64,000 nucleotides of DNA from Octopus vulgaris (lineage: Eukaryota), in NCBI GenBank assembly GCA_951406725.2, contig OX597833.1, positions 26,660,001-26,724,000 of the forward strand, in the 5' to 3' direction. A model generated the notes under the pieces. It did no database searches. It was not told the origin of the DNA and was given only the letters and a program-made list of their open reading frames with translations. Positions 27,992-42,262 of the stretch are shown piece by piece (the first letter of the stretch is position 1; each line of letters starts with the position of its first letter). The position numbers were made by a program, and so were the translations under genes.

Positions 27992-28546
27992 GTAAACAAA
28001 ACGCTCACTTGATATAATTCACTCCAGCCGTGTTCCTTTCAATGTATGCATTTTTAACACTCTTCAGCAAAATATTCAACTCACTTCCTAGGCTTTTGTG
28101 ACAGAAAAAGAAGAATCATGATGACCTAGCCAGCTGGTTTCTGATAGGAAGCACCAACCTCGAGTGAAGATATATATGACACAGAAGAGCATAGATTTTC
28201 ATAAAAACAAAACCGACGACCGGATGCATAGTACATTACGAGAGAGCAAGCGTTAGAGGCAAATAGTGAGAGACAGGTGCGTTTATGAATGCGTTCACAT
28301 ATGCAGCATTTTAATGGTATATGAATATCTTTATAACTGTAACATTTGAAGAACGTAGATATCCATTCATACAAGCAGCTAATGGACAATATATGAGAGC
28401 ATGCATACAAGTAGAATATAAATGTTACGTAAATGTAGACTTAAGCGGACGATTTGAATATATAAGGGTATCATTTTTTGTGAAACGTTTACATGTTTTC
28501 TGAATGTATTTCTATGGGAATATATAAATATATAAATATATATATA

Positions 28547-28589
<43 letters not shown>

Positions 28590-28590
<1 letters not shown>

Positions 28591-29541
28591 TGCGCTTGGC
28601 TTAGATTTCCCTTGGCGGGCTGCCCAGATCGGAGCAATCTCAAGATTAATCAGCCGAAATTGCGAAGATGATCTGGTTCTTGACTGATGACTGAGGGCTT
28701 CGAATGTCCCGTCCTGTGGTTCTTGTGTCGTCTCTTTGGTGTTTCATGTTCTTGTCCATGTCTGTATTTATTTTTTACTGTTTACATATATAATCGGCGG
28801 CTACGTATCCACAATTGTCCTTATACGATAAGTATATTTTTTCTCTAGCATTGATACGACTCTTGATCTGTCTCTTTCTCTCTCTCTCTCTCTCCCTTAT
28901 TCCCCTTCCTTTCTTTCCTCTCCATCCGTCCCCCCTTCTACGTTTCTCTATCTCTCTCACCCCCAGTCCCCTCGATCTGTCTCTTTCTTCTCCTCCCTCG
29001 TCCACCTTCTCTCTCTTTTCATCTGTCCCTTTCTCCTGTCTTTTGTTCTCACGTGACCGCTAGCCACTGCTGAGCGCTCTTTTCGTTCCAGCAGTCGTCG
29101 AAGCAACACGTATTTGTTCGTCTCCCTGCGGCCATTAGGCACAACTTCATAAGCCAGCCCCAAACTCAACTCGTCCTGTCGAAAGACCCTTGTCCTACGT
29201 CCTGGTTTTGTTTTGTTTTTTATCTTTACCGTTATTGTTTTTACGTTTTTGTATTCTTATTGGTGTCACGTATTCTGTATTTTTGTTCGTGTACTTCGTT
29301 CGTTTTCCGTCCTCGTGTTGTATACATTCGAAGCTTTCTTCCAGGGGATCTAATGCACTTGGCTTAGATTTCCCTTGGCGGGCTGCCCAGATCAGAGCAA
29401 TCTCAAGATTAATCAGCCGAAATTGCGAAGATGATCTGGTTCTTGACTGATGACTGAGGGCTTCGAATGTCCCGTCCTGTGGTTCTTGTGTCGTCTCTTT
29501 GGTGTTTCATGTTCTTGTCCATGTCTGTATTTATTTTTTAC

Positions 29542-29555
<14 letters not shown>
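28590..29555 (+). mobile_element. Non-coding element with about 200-bp terminal direct repeats (763-bp period) inside (TA)n; PLE pseudo-LTR/retrozyme-like
   Basis: 28590-28792 and 29353-29555 differ at two positions. A related fragment lies on the minus strand at about 30363-30452. Confidence 0.75.
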
Positions 29556-29574
<19 letters not shown>

Positions 29575-29582
29575 ATATATAA

Positions 29583-29629
<47 letters not shown>

Positions 29630-29641
<12 letters not shown>

Positions 29642-29862
29642 AACCTGAGAAATATGTGTCTGTCTGTGTGCATCACTAAATCGCGAGTACTACCGAACCG
29701 ATTTCATTCGAATTTTACACATGCCTTGCTTAGGGTCCATGCGATTTTATGGACCAAAACAAATTTAAACTTCGTGCCTAATGCGAGCCCGGAGCAATCT
29801 CTTATGAATCTCATTCATGCACACACATCGGCTTCACGTTTACATGCAATCTCTTATACACA

Positions 29863-29936
<74 letters not shown>

Positions 29937-30257
29937 CATATATATATATGTATATGTGTCTGTGTAATATATATATATGTATGTATATATATATATGAGA
30001 TAATATTGACACACACATAGCCCAATGTCATAATTCAAAACTAACGCAGCGAAAATTTTGAAAAGTTCCCCCAGTTCTGAAAAAATCGATAAATTCGACA
30101 TGGGGTCGAGAATCAAAAACACAAATCGCAAACTGTCTAGGGACGCAACTCCACCTTTTATTGAACTAAAAAAAATTTACCATCATTTTTTTATTTTTTT
30201 GCATATTTATTGGGCTATAACTCTCTAAAAACTTTATATTATATTCCCTTACAAACC
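29630..30257 (+). mobile_element. Possible non-autonomous Helitron-like fragments
   Basis: TATATATAAA..TGTCTGTCTGTGTG..CCGAACCGATTTCATTCGAATTTTACAC resembles 5' ends of invertebrate non-autonomous Helitrons (from recall). No diagnostic 3' CTRR hairpin confirmed. Confidence 0.35.
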
Positions 30258-30336
30258 TATATATACTGCTATATATATATATATATATATATGCATATAT
30301 GTCTGTGTATAAGAGACCAAAGTGTACGTACGTCGG

Positions 30337-30367
<31 letters not shown>

Positions 30368-31651
30368 CAAAATAGGACAAGACCGCAAAATATCCAGGCA
30401 GGTAGTACAAACTAGGGACAACAAAACATCCAGATAGACGATACAAAGTAAACTCCGCAGTCGAGTTCCAGATTATCTCTAGAAAACAAAGTGAATGCCT
30501 TGAGACACCTTTGTTGGCTCATGCTACTTGTAGATCTCAGTCCAACGTCAGTGCTAACTGAATTGAGGCATAAGCAAGTATAAACCATATGTGAATGTTC
30601 TGTCTTTTAAGTGGTATGTAGCAGTGTACATATCGGTTCAATATGATTTTTCACTTTAAAGCCGGAGTTTTGTGATATGGAGAAGATTTAACTACTGTTA
30701 GTTGCAGGTCGAATAACTGCGTCGATAAATTTTAAGTGTTTCAATGTTGCAGGGATAAAAGGTTAAGTAAACACTTCCAGTGATATGTTAAGAAATTTTA
30801 AGTGTCATTTTTATGGAATATGATACAATATCTAAAATACAATATTTAAATATTTGTATGATTGTATTACATTTGAATATAATATGGAAGTGTCTTTATA
30901 TGTTCTGCAATCATATGTATTCATTACCGCCATACTAGCTTAGCACAGACACTCACACACATATAAAAATATGTGTCCGAGTGTGCGTATGTGTGGATGC
31001 ATGTGTGCATGCATGTAAACGTGAAGCCGATGGGTTTTTCCTCCCCAAACTTGAGTCAGCCAGAGCTACTGGTGACAGTTATACGCAATAAAGTTCAGCA
31101 CGAAATTACACCCATAGGTGAAGTATATAAGTGGGAAAAGGGGCGTGCGTGTGTGTATGTGTGTGCATGAATGACTGAATGTGTGCATGTATACGTTTAT
31201 AGGCATACAAAAAGGACAGGAGCACAAGGGCACACGCTCTCCATATATATATATATTCAGTGAAAGAAACATAGAGACAGATCGACAGAGACAGACATAC
31301 AGACAGATGGAGAAAGAGAGAGGGGTAGAGAAACCGTTACAACTACATAACTGCGTACATACATTAATACAAACTTTCAAACGGAAATTTTTGAACATCG
31401 AAGAAGGATAATTAAACGGATTAAGACGAAAGCCGATAATAGATAATTTAGTTTCCGTTGCAAATATCAAATATGGCAGAACTGTTGCGTATTATTAATA
31501 AATATGGCGACTAATCTTTTTAGGAGGTCAGCATTGATCTAATTCATCGGCTTATAGCGGTCAAGTTATAGTTATTTAGCAAATTGAAATAGGAACATGG
31601 TGTAGTTTCATTGACAACAGAGTCAATACAGTGACATGTTAATATATACAC

Positions 31652-31724
<73 letters not shown>

Positions 31725-32053
31725 TGTGTATAAGAGACCAAAGTGTACGTACGTGGTATATATATATATATATATATATAAATCCGTATTTCTGCCCACG
31801 CTTATTAAACTATTGTAGGCTGTATAGTGTAAGGTATTGATGGTGTATTGAGGAAAGAAAATACAAAATGTTCCATGCTATCAATGTTTATGCCTTAGCT
31901 ATTTTTCTTTCACTAGAAATCTCATTAGATTCGATAACATGGAGAGAAAATATATATATATTATAACATTTTGTTGTGTTTATTTTTAGTGAAATGCTGT
32001 TTATCGAGCTGAATCAAGCTATTCAATTTTTCTATCAGTATGTTGTCCAACGA

Positions 32054-33033
32054 AGGCGGCGAGCTGGCAGAATCGTTAGCACGCCGGGCGAAATGCTTAG
32101 CGGTATTTCGTCTGCCGCTACGTTCTGAGTTCAAATTCCGCCGAGGTCGACTTTGCCTTTCATCCTTCCGGGGTCGATTAAATAAGTATCAGTTTCGCAC
32201 TGGGGTCGATGTAATCGACTTAATCCGTTTGTCTGTCCTTGTTTGTCCTCCGTGTGTTTAGCCCCTTGTGGGTAGTAAAGAAATAGGTATTTCGTCTGCT
32301 GCTACATTCTGAGTTCAAATTCTTCCGAGGTCGTCTTTGCCTTTCATCCTTTCGGGGTCGATTAAATAAGTATCCGTTAAGCAATTGGGGTTGGTGTAAC
32401 CGACTTAATCCGTTTGTCTGTCCTTGTTTGTCTCCTCTGTGTATAGCCTCTTGTGGGCAGTAAAGAAATAAGAAACGTTAGCACGCCCGGCGAAATGCAT
32501 TGCGGTATTTCGTCTGTCTTTATGTTCCGTGTTCAAATTCCGTCGAGGTTGAATTTATCTTTCATCCTTTTGTGGAGGGGGTCGATAAATTAAGTACCAA
32601 TTGCGTACTGCAATCGATGTAATCGACTGGAGTCTCCCCTTTCAGGCCTTATACCTAGAGTAGAAAAGATTCTACAACAATCTTTAAATGCTTAGCGGTA
32701 TTTCGTCTATCTTTACATTCTGAGTTCAAATTCCGCCAAGGTCGACTTTGCCTTTCATCCTTTCGGTGTCGATCTAATCTACTGGCCCCCTCCCCAAAAG
32801 TTTCGAGCCTTGTGCCTAGAGTAGAAAAGAATATGTTGTCCAACGTTAAGCAAGATCGCTAGTGTGCCGGGCTAAATGCTTAGCAGCAATTCGTCCGTTT
32901 TTACTTTCCGAGTTCAAATTCCACCGGGGTCGACTTTGCCTTTCATCATTTAGGACTCGACAACCCTGGGGTCGATAAAATTCACTTAACCCCAGCTCGC
33001 GAACTTGCTGGCCTTGTGCCAACATTTGAAATC
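32054..33033 (+). mobile_element. Head-to-tail cluster of about five SINE family A copies
   Basis: Units start near 32054, 32286, 32473, 32686 and 32850; each has GTTCAAATT followed by the TTTCATC central motif. Confidence 0.92.
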
Positions 33034-33544
33034 AATATGTTGTCGAACATAAAGTAATTAAAATTATGATTCTTATTGAGGGGTAGCCTATGACAGAATG
33101 AGCAAAACAATACACCAACTAACATGATGATATATATACATATATCGTTGTGTGTATATCCATAGGCTTGTATACAGATATATAGTATCAAATTATCAAA
33201 ATTCGTGGTACGCAAGCATAAACATATAACTGATATTATAATTGCTTGCGGTATTATTGTAAGTCTATGCTTGCGCTCGGAATCTGAAAGTCTGATGAAC
33301 CGCTCACAAACGGTTGTTTTTGAAAAACATTCATCTATATAGTAATTATTTTTAAAATAGTCTTCTATAATGGTATATGAATATAAACTCAGCAACATAA
33401 AGCTAGTGTGCTGTGCAGAAACAAATGTTGTGATTTACTATCAAAGCCTGGCATCTTCCATCCTTGTGATATAATATTCTTATATACGTATATATATATA
33501 ATATTCTTTTATATGTGCATCTATGTATATTTATACATATATAC

Positions 33545-33587
<43 letters not shown>

Positions 33588-34066
33588 GAGGTATGTATAG
33601 ATACATGCATAATGTCTCTCCGGGTATGTATTAAATTTAATGTAGACAGATTCTTTGTGGCTACAACATTATATAAAGAATATTTATTACATAAGAATGT
33701 GAGTAAACGTTATTACATTTTAAACGCTGGCAGTATATAGTAAGTGAATCAATAACCTAAGAGGTTTCATCTACTATTCTTTGCATGCAGCCGAATTAAG
33801 TTACCTGGTCTCCACTCACTTAAATTCGTATATGTCTTTTTATATTTTCTCCTATACTTCGTTATTTGGTATAGTTTTTCTATATTCATTGTTTCTTTTT
33901 TTATTTGTCAGTAACTTGTAACTTATGAAACCTAAGCTTCAAAAATTTAATTTAAGCAAGTCTTCGAAGTTTTTTTATTTATTTATTTCTTGCGATATAT
34001 CTCTGAGAAATTGTATTGCTCAAGAGATACTTGACATTTTTCAGCAGTAGCGTACGTATGTTAAAA

Positions 34067-34170
<104 letters not shown>

Positions 34171-34209
34171 ATCTATGTATATGTATTTATATATATATAT
34201 ATATGTATA

Positions 34210-34284
<75 letters not shown>

Positions 34285-34601
34285 GTATATTAGAGAATAT
34301 TCTAAGCGCACACACAGATATTCATTTATGAGAGAATGCTTCTTTATATGTGTTTGTGAGAAGGTGCAGATGAAGTGGAACAAACAATGTAAACACGTGA
34401 AAAACTACAAACGACAGGAAAAAGCGAAGATTATGCCATCATCAGATGTTCCACTAGGAATCAAAATATATTAGTTGTCTCAGGCAGGTATTTGTTTTGA
34501 AAATACAACCATATTCTCTCACATAATTTACACTTAGACACACACGCGTGCACACACACACGTATATATATATATATATATACACCCCACCCATATATTT
34601 T

Positions 34602-34890
34602 TTTAAGAGTCGTTATCGCAACCACATTGCAGCTTTCGAAAAATCCTTAAACGGTATGTAGCATCGCTGAATGATTTTATCTGGAGGCTCAAGAAGATGA
34701 AGGCAAAATATAACCTGACCTAGTCCATAATAAGACATTTGAGTCCCTATAACACATTATCACGGAAATGCCAGCTATGTTCCGAAGAGTCACTCTCAAT
34801 ATTGTTAACGAAGAAGCACATTGCAAACAGATTTACGGAACAATTACCCAGGTACCTGCATACAGCTAAACAGACATTTACATACTACAA
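34602..34890 (+). mobile_element. Penelope-like element GIY-YIG endonuclease C-terminal relic
   Basis: FKSRYRNH..F / SLNDFIWRLK..YNLT*SII..SPY..SRKCQLCSEESLSIL...NRFTEQL..YLH matches the PLE pattern FKxRYxNH...LSxYIWxLK...WxI...PY...CxLCxxE...LNxRxE...CRH. One frameshift and one stop. Confidence 0.8.
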
Positions 34891-35589
34891 TCTAAACCAC
34901 ACCCAACTAATGAAAATATAACACCCACAACTCGGATTAATCCCCCTGAGTTAAAACCTTATATACTAAAACAGAACCGTATTCGAATAACATGTATTTA
35001 GACATGTAACATTACGGATGTGTATATGTATATAAATATATGTATCTATATATGTATGTATATATGTATGTGAATATGTGTGTGCCTCTGTCTTCATGTG
35101 TGTGTCTGTGTATACGGATCTGTGTACGTACCGATATGCATCTTTATATATGTGTGTGTATATGTATAGATGCGTATATGCGCATATGTAGGTATTCTTT
35201 TATGTTTTTATTCTCTTATTCTATATGTATAACATAAAAATAAAATAAGTACTGGGGTCGGAAAATTCTTCAAGGCGGTGTCTTACTATGTTTGCAGTCT
35301 ATTGACTGAAACAAGTAAAAGATAACCGATATAATGTTAAAAAAAAGAGGTTTAAACATTTATATCACTAAAAATGGCGTCATTAGTTCTAATAAAACAC
35401 CTGCTGAGACATTTGATCATGCGTATCCTTCCTGTAGGATTTTTACTCGGAGTATTGGATATTCTGGACTGCTTGTATGGTTGTAAGGCAATGGGGCTTT
35501 ATGAACATTTTCATGACTATTTGCGGTATCGATTTTAGTATAGTATGATTCAGTAATGAACTTTCTTATAATAGTGCCTTAATGAAGGG

Positions 35590-35900
35590 TAAAGACCCCT
35601 TTCGATCACGAATGACCGTGAGATTGCATCTAGAAATTTCCCCACCCCGAGACACGTCCGAGCAAGGCTGTTTATAGAAGACCAGCAGTCACCCATGCAT
35701 ACCAGCATCCTATCTCCACGCCACCGATGTTGTCCAAGGGAAATACAAATGTAGACTGACTTTGCACAAGTGACGCTGGAACGCCATTTTTACTGCTGAT
35801 GCAACTAGAACCACGTGAAATAAAGTGTCTTGCTCAAGAACACAACACAAAGGCCGGTCCAGGAATCGAACATACAACCACACAATTGTAAGACCTATCT
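35590..35900 (-). mobile_element. Degenerate SINE (family B-related)
   Basis: CACGTGAAATAAAGTGTCTTGCTCAAGAACACAAC...CCGGTCCAGGAATCGAA is shared with 16045-16110. Confidence 0.7.
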
Positions 35901-36233
35901 TGCAACCACTGGGGCAGGTAACATGTCTTGTGCAATGAAGACGCATGTAATGTGCCTGCTTCTGTGCATGTTTAAATGTGTTGTGTGTGCGTGTTTATCA
36001 GTATGTACGAACATAATTATAAATACATATACATATGCATGAGAATATATAAACATATATATGAGCACAGATATGCACATATATACATATATGTACACGC
36101 ACGCATACACACACACACACGCACACACACATATATATATAAATAAATACATATGTATATATATATATACATAAAGATGTCCTCGTACGAAACGATCGTA
36201 CCGAGATTTTAATCCATTCTTGTTGCTTTTTTT

Positions 36234-36294
<61 letters not shown>

Positions 36295-36510
36295 GTATAT
36301 ATATACAGAGACAGAGAGAGAAAATCAGTGTAGTTAATGGAAACTCTATGTAAGCAAGTTTGAATATAAATCAATGTTTATGCCTTTGTGTGAATGTTAT
36401 GTCTGTATTTGTGTGTGAGTATGAAAATATGTACTCCAGCTATCTGTATGTGTGGGTGTGGGTGTGCGCGCGTGTTTGTGCGCATATGTGTGTGCGTATG
36501 TTTCAGTGTG

Positions 36511-36549
<39 letters not shown>

Positions 36550-36908
36550 AATATATAATACACAATCATATGTACGAGGCAATGGACCAGCACTCGGCGT
36601 TAATCTCTTTCATAATCTCCCTCTCCGTACCATTTCTTAAGCTCTTCAATGGTGTCCGCAACAGTCAACCAGAATGATATACGTTCCATTTAATTACTGA
36701 TTTAAATCTTAGGAAACATCGACAACACTTATGCGTTCACTATTGCGTTGTAAATTAGTAAACTGTGAAGTGTGGCCGTTGGTCGGTATGTGCAAAATAT
36801 TGTTGCAACATCAGGATTAATAAACAATAAGATAACAGTGGAATATTGCTATATGCAACACATCTACACAGAATACATATAATTACACAAAGCCACTGGC
36901 CTGCTCAG

Positions 36909-36945
<37 letters not shown>

Positions 36946-37069
36946 ACACATACACACGCACGCACACATGCTTGTATACACACATACACATACTTACACA
37001 TACACATACACACATAGATGCACAATCACACACTAACACACATATATATATGAATCGAAATAAAAGTAG

Positions 37070-37225
37070 AAAATTAAATATTAATTTTTACCAGCGGTCA
37101 GAGTCAGTAAAGAACCAGCGGTCAGAGTCAGTAAAGATGTCCGTAGGCTACAAATAACATCATATATACAAAAATATAAAATACATACACGTTGGCCACT
37201 AGTAAAATTAATATTTAATTTTTTC
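37070..37225. repeat. Short inverted repeat (about 30 bp) enclosing a 24-bp tandem duplication
   Basis: AAAATTAAATATTAATTTTTACCAGCGGTCA versus TGGCCACTAGTAAAATTAATATTTAATTTT; ACCAGCGGTCAGAGTCAGTAAAGA occurs twice. Confidence 0.75.
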
Positions 37226-37760
37226 CCTATAGTTAGATTTATATATGTATGTATTTTGTTTATATATGTGTGAGTGTGTGTGTGTGTGTGTGTATTTTAT
37301 ATGCGTGTATAAATGTTATATGCATATACACAAATAATTAACACACACAAAATATGTGTGTGTTTATAAATATATATTATGCATGTATATAATGTATATG
37401 TTTATGTATTCTTTTATTTGTTTCAGTCATTTTGCGGCGGTCACGCTGGAGTACCGTCTTTAGTCAAAGAAATCGATTCCAGGACTTAGTCTTTGTAAGC
37501 CCAGTACTTATTCTATTGGACACTTATATATATATAAGGGAAAACGGAGAAAGAAAATCGCCAACGATACACATGCGGTCACACACACACATATATATAA
37601 AAGTATATTGATGTATGTTCCTGAGTTTATAAACAGTTTCGAAGCGTCTCTTCACAGAATTTCTCAGTTCATGAAGTGTGAACGCATTGCTGATTATATT
37701 CATTTTTGTGTGTACATTTAAATAAATGCACCCGGGAGGATGCATTTGATCTCATTTCTC

Positions 37761-38365
37761 ATTCAATGAGGAGGGCTGCCTGTGCAGGGAAAAAGGATCT
37801 GGATGACCACTAATATCAGAAAAAACGGTCGAGCGGGTTCGCCAAAAGCTTTTACGAAGCACCAATTAGTCCATAAGAAGCACAGTTTTGGAAACCCAGA
37901 TTCCTTCAACGACTGTTTGGCACGTCCTGGCGAAACGCTTACTAATGAAACCCTATGTGCGTTCAGGCCATAACGGCAGATAACAAGCCAAAATACAAAC
38001 AATTCTGTGTTAATATGCAAGAGAAACTTGCAGAAACCGAACACGTGCGAATTTTTTTTTTTTTTTTTTTTGTGGCGATACCTGAAAACCCTCGATCTAT
38101 TGGACTATTTAAAGATGTCATTCGACAAGAAATTGTTGCCATTCCACATGAAATGATCCATCGAGGTATGGACAACTTTCGTGAACGCCTTCGAAGGTGT
38201 GTGGATAGTAACAGCACCCACTTGACAGATTTAATTTTTAAAACCAAATGAAACAAAATGGCATTAAATATACATTTCGAAAATAAAAACACATTTTTCG
38301 TTCTTTACTCTATTTCGTTTTTATTTAACTTACAAATATGTCAGATCATTTTGTCGCACCCAGAT
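37761..38365 (+). mobile_element. Chimeric Tc1/mariner relic
   Basis: 37761-38040 is near-identical to 40743-41030 (8-bp deletion). It is joined through a T-run to a transposase C-terminus (PRSIGLFKDVIRQEIVAIPHEM..MDNFRERLRRCVD) and a decayed TIR near 38340-38363. Confidence 0.8.
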
Positions 38366-38617
38366 ACAAACACGGACAAACACCTACCACAACCATGCAA
38401 ATTACACACCACCACGCCCCGTCAAATACACACACATGCACACATACATATATGACGGGCTTCTTTCAGTTTCCACTCAAGTCTTTGGTCGGCCTGAAGC
38501 TATAGTTAAAAATACCTACCGAAGGTGCCAAACAGTGAGACTGAACCAGGAACTATTTGGTTGGGAAGCAAACTTCTTACAACATAGTTAAGCTATATTT
38601 TTTTTTATCTGGATATA

Positions 38618-39180
38618 TTGGGTTGTCCGGAAAGTTCGTGCCGATTTATAATAGCTTACCTTATGACTTATTTTAGAACATGTTTGAGTCCACAAAATAG
38701 GATTTGACAACACCTCCATTTAGAGCACAGTTTAAGCTATCTTTTCGTGGAAGAAGGTTTATGATGTAACCTGTGTTAATTCTGTAACCCTTTAAAATGG
38801 AAGATAAGAAAGTTCATTTTCGGCACTTGATACTTTGGGAACCAGACAGAAATTGCTGCAGCTCGGCTGGGATGTGTTACCCAACCCTCCATATTCACCA
38901 GATATTGCTCCTTCGGATTTCCACTTATTCAGGTCTCTGCAGAATAGTCTTAATGGTAAAAATTTCAATTCCTTAGATGACGTAAAAAGATACCTTGATG
39001 AATTCTTTGCCATGAAACCACCTCAATTCTGGGAAGAGGGTATTATCAAGTTAATGAAAAGATGGAGACAATTTGTGCAACAAAATGGTTCATATTTGGG
39101 TGATTTAAAATGTAATGGCAAGTATTCATTGACCTTTTTCTTTCCTTTAAAAATCGGCAGGAACATTCCAGACAACCCAA
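38618..39180 (+). mobile_element. Internally deleted mariner (DD34D, mellifera-like)
   Basis: TIRs TTGGGTTGTCCGGAAAGTTCGTGCCGATTT / AAATCGGCAGGAACATTCCAGACAACCCAA with TA TSD. The start MEDKKVHFRHLILW (38797) is fused out of frame to LGWDVLPNPPYSPDIAPSDFHLFRSLQNSL. Confidence 0.95.
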
Positions 39181-39993
39181 TATAATACATGAATTAAGGA
39201 AACTCCATTCCTTTTTGTCGGTACTATTTAATGTGTCGGCTTGCAACTTACAACAGTGTGAGTTACAGATTTCATTGCAATTCCCACGTTTGCATACGAG
39301 TTTATAAATCACAATTTGTGAGCAGTTTAAAAGCTTGTGGTTTGTTATTGATAAGAGGGTTTCAATTTCTCTGTTTTTCAAGCATGGGCTCGTGTTTGTC
39401 TATCGTCTGATGCAATGGATTTTCTCTTCTGTTTTATGTATTCACTTATTCTATAGTTAGTATATATCTAATATATAAAATAGATTTCACATGTAGTTTT
39501 TTTAAATTTTTAATAATACTGTTTGATGTATATTAATGCGTTGTATTCATGTTTGCATTGATTTATGTCTAGTTCTATTAATTTGTTAGAATAGCAGCTG
39601 TTGACTGGGGGGTATTTTATTATCTGGAATTCCTTATGATAAAACATTTGATAAAAACGTAAAACTACAGAAGTTTAGTTTTAAATGAGACACAGACACG
39701 ACGTACACAAGGAAATGTAGAGAGGATATAAGTTTAGTGATGAAAACAGGAAAATGAAAGGCAAGGCATCAGTAAATATACATTTTTATTATTAGATAAT
39801 ATATATAGACGCATATACGTACATGCATGCGCACACTCACACACATACGCGCACGCGAACACACACAGACACACAAACACACATACACGCACACATACAC
39901 ACACACACACACATGCACACACACACACACACACATATATATACACATCTATACATATCATATGTATAGATATACACATACATATGTATATGA

Positions 39994-40047
<54 letters not shown>

Positions 40048-40048
<1 letters not shown>

Positions 40049-40094
40049 CGTGTGTTGACGAGAGACAATAATCTCGAAACTGCAGTCCATACGT
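40048..40094 (+). ncRNA. Minimal type I hammerhead ribozyme fold, C3U variant
   Basis: Stem I CGTGTG/CATACG; core TTGACGA 40055-40061; stem II GAGA-CAATAA-TCTC; GAAA; palindromic stem III ACTGCAGT; GUC site after 40087. It starts a roughly 265-bp insert (40045-40310) between (TA)n tracts. Confidence 0.7.
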
Positions 40095-40348
40095 ATCACT
40101 TAGGTTTTCGAGAGAGGATGACCTCCCTTTGCGAGTATCATTAAAGAGCACAGGATTGTGTCTAAAGCCAGCTGGAGACGATGATCTCCGGGGGCTAAAA
40201 AGTTACAGTAACACCCACCACCCCTAGTGGTTAGCCATATTAAGATGGCTAGTATCCTTTACGTTGTCGAGCGCTTACTGTTTACATCTCGCTCAGAGAT
40301 TTATTATTGCTATATATATATATATATGTATTTATGTATATATATATG

Positions 40349-41471
<1,123 letters not shown>

Positions 41472-42047
41472 ATAAAGATGCATATAAGCATACATATAAG
41501 CATACATATATACACACGCACAATATTTGCAGGTTTCATTTGAATCAAGTTATTATTATTAAATAATGAGGACACGAGGCGAGGTTCGAAGTCCTCATAG
41601 CCATGTATAAATCGTAAACAGACTCTCCCGCATATATATTTCCGCATATATCCATAGACGGACATATTCAACCATTTACTTATATATGTGCATGAACACA
41701 TCAATATTAACATTGTTTAAGAAATGTTATTTCGCCGTAGTATATAGAGTGAACATGATTGACCTTGACATTACCGCTGTTTAGCAACAAAATTATAACT
41801 TTATACTGAATTGTACGCTAAATACCACATATTCAAACTTAGTATATGCCATAAGGAAAATCACTTAACTTATAATTAATAATTAATAATTATGTTTTGA
41901 AGACCCATTGCATGGTGGCTAGGTATTCGCTTCGTGATCGTAATGTCGTGAGTTCGATTCATGGCAAAGCGATGTGTCATTGAGTAAGATACTTTATTTC
42001 ACGTTGCATCTGTTCTCTCCACAGGCAGCAATGTGATCTGTGAGTGA

Positions 42048-42262
42048 AGGCAGTGAGCTGGTAGAATCGTTAGCACGTCGGGGAAAATGCTTAGCGGCAT
42101 TTCGTCCTTCTTCACGTTCTGTATTCAAATTCTGACGAGGTCGACTTTGCCATTTATTCTTTCGGAGTCGATAAAATAAGTACTAGTTGAACATTGTGGC
42201 CAACATAACCGGCTTATCTTCTCCCGCCAAATCACTGGCCTTTTGCCAAATTTTGAAACCAG
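42048..42262 (+). mobile_element. SINE family A
   Basis: AGGCAGTGAGCTGGTAGAATCGTTAGCACG...GTCGACTTTGCC...GTCGATAAAATAAGTAC. Confidence 0.85.

Noticed and set aside
29850-31738. TGTGTATAAGAGAC resembling the Tn5/Nextera mosaic end (three places)
   Set aside because: Only 13-14 of 19 bases match and both flanks differ (not AGA...AG). The copies share extra genomic context, so adapter contamination is unlikely.
32054-33033. Repeat cluster as a CRISPR-like array
   Set aside because: Units are 150-230-bp SINE copies without unique spacers; eukaryotic context and no cas genes.
33293-33330. CTGATGA-ACCG...CGGT hairpin as a hammerhead
   Set aside because: GAAA does not follow the stem. The opposite strand reads like a mariner N-terminal scrap (CFSKTTVCERF).
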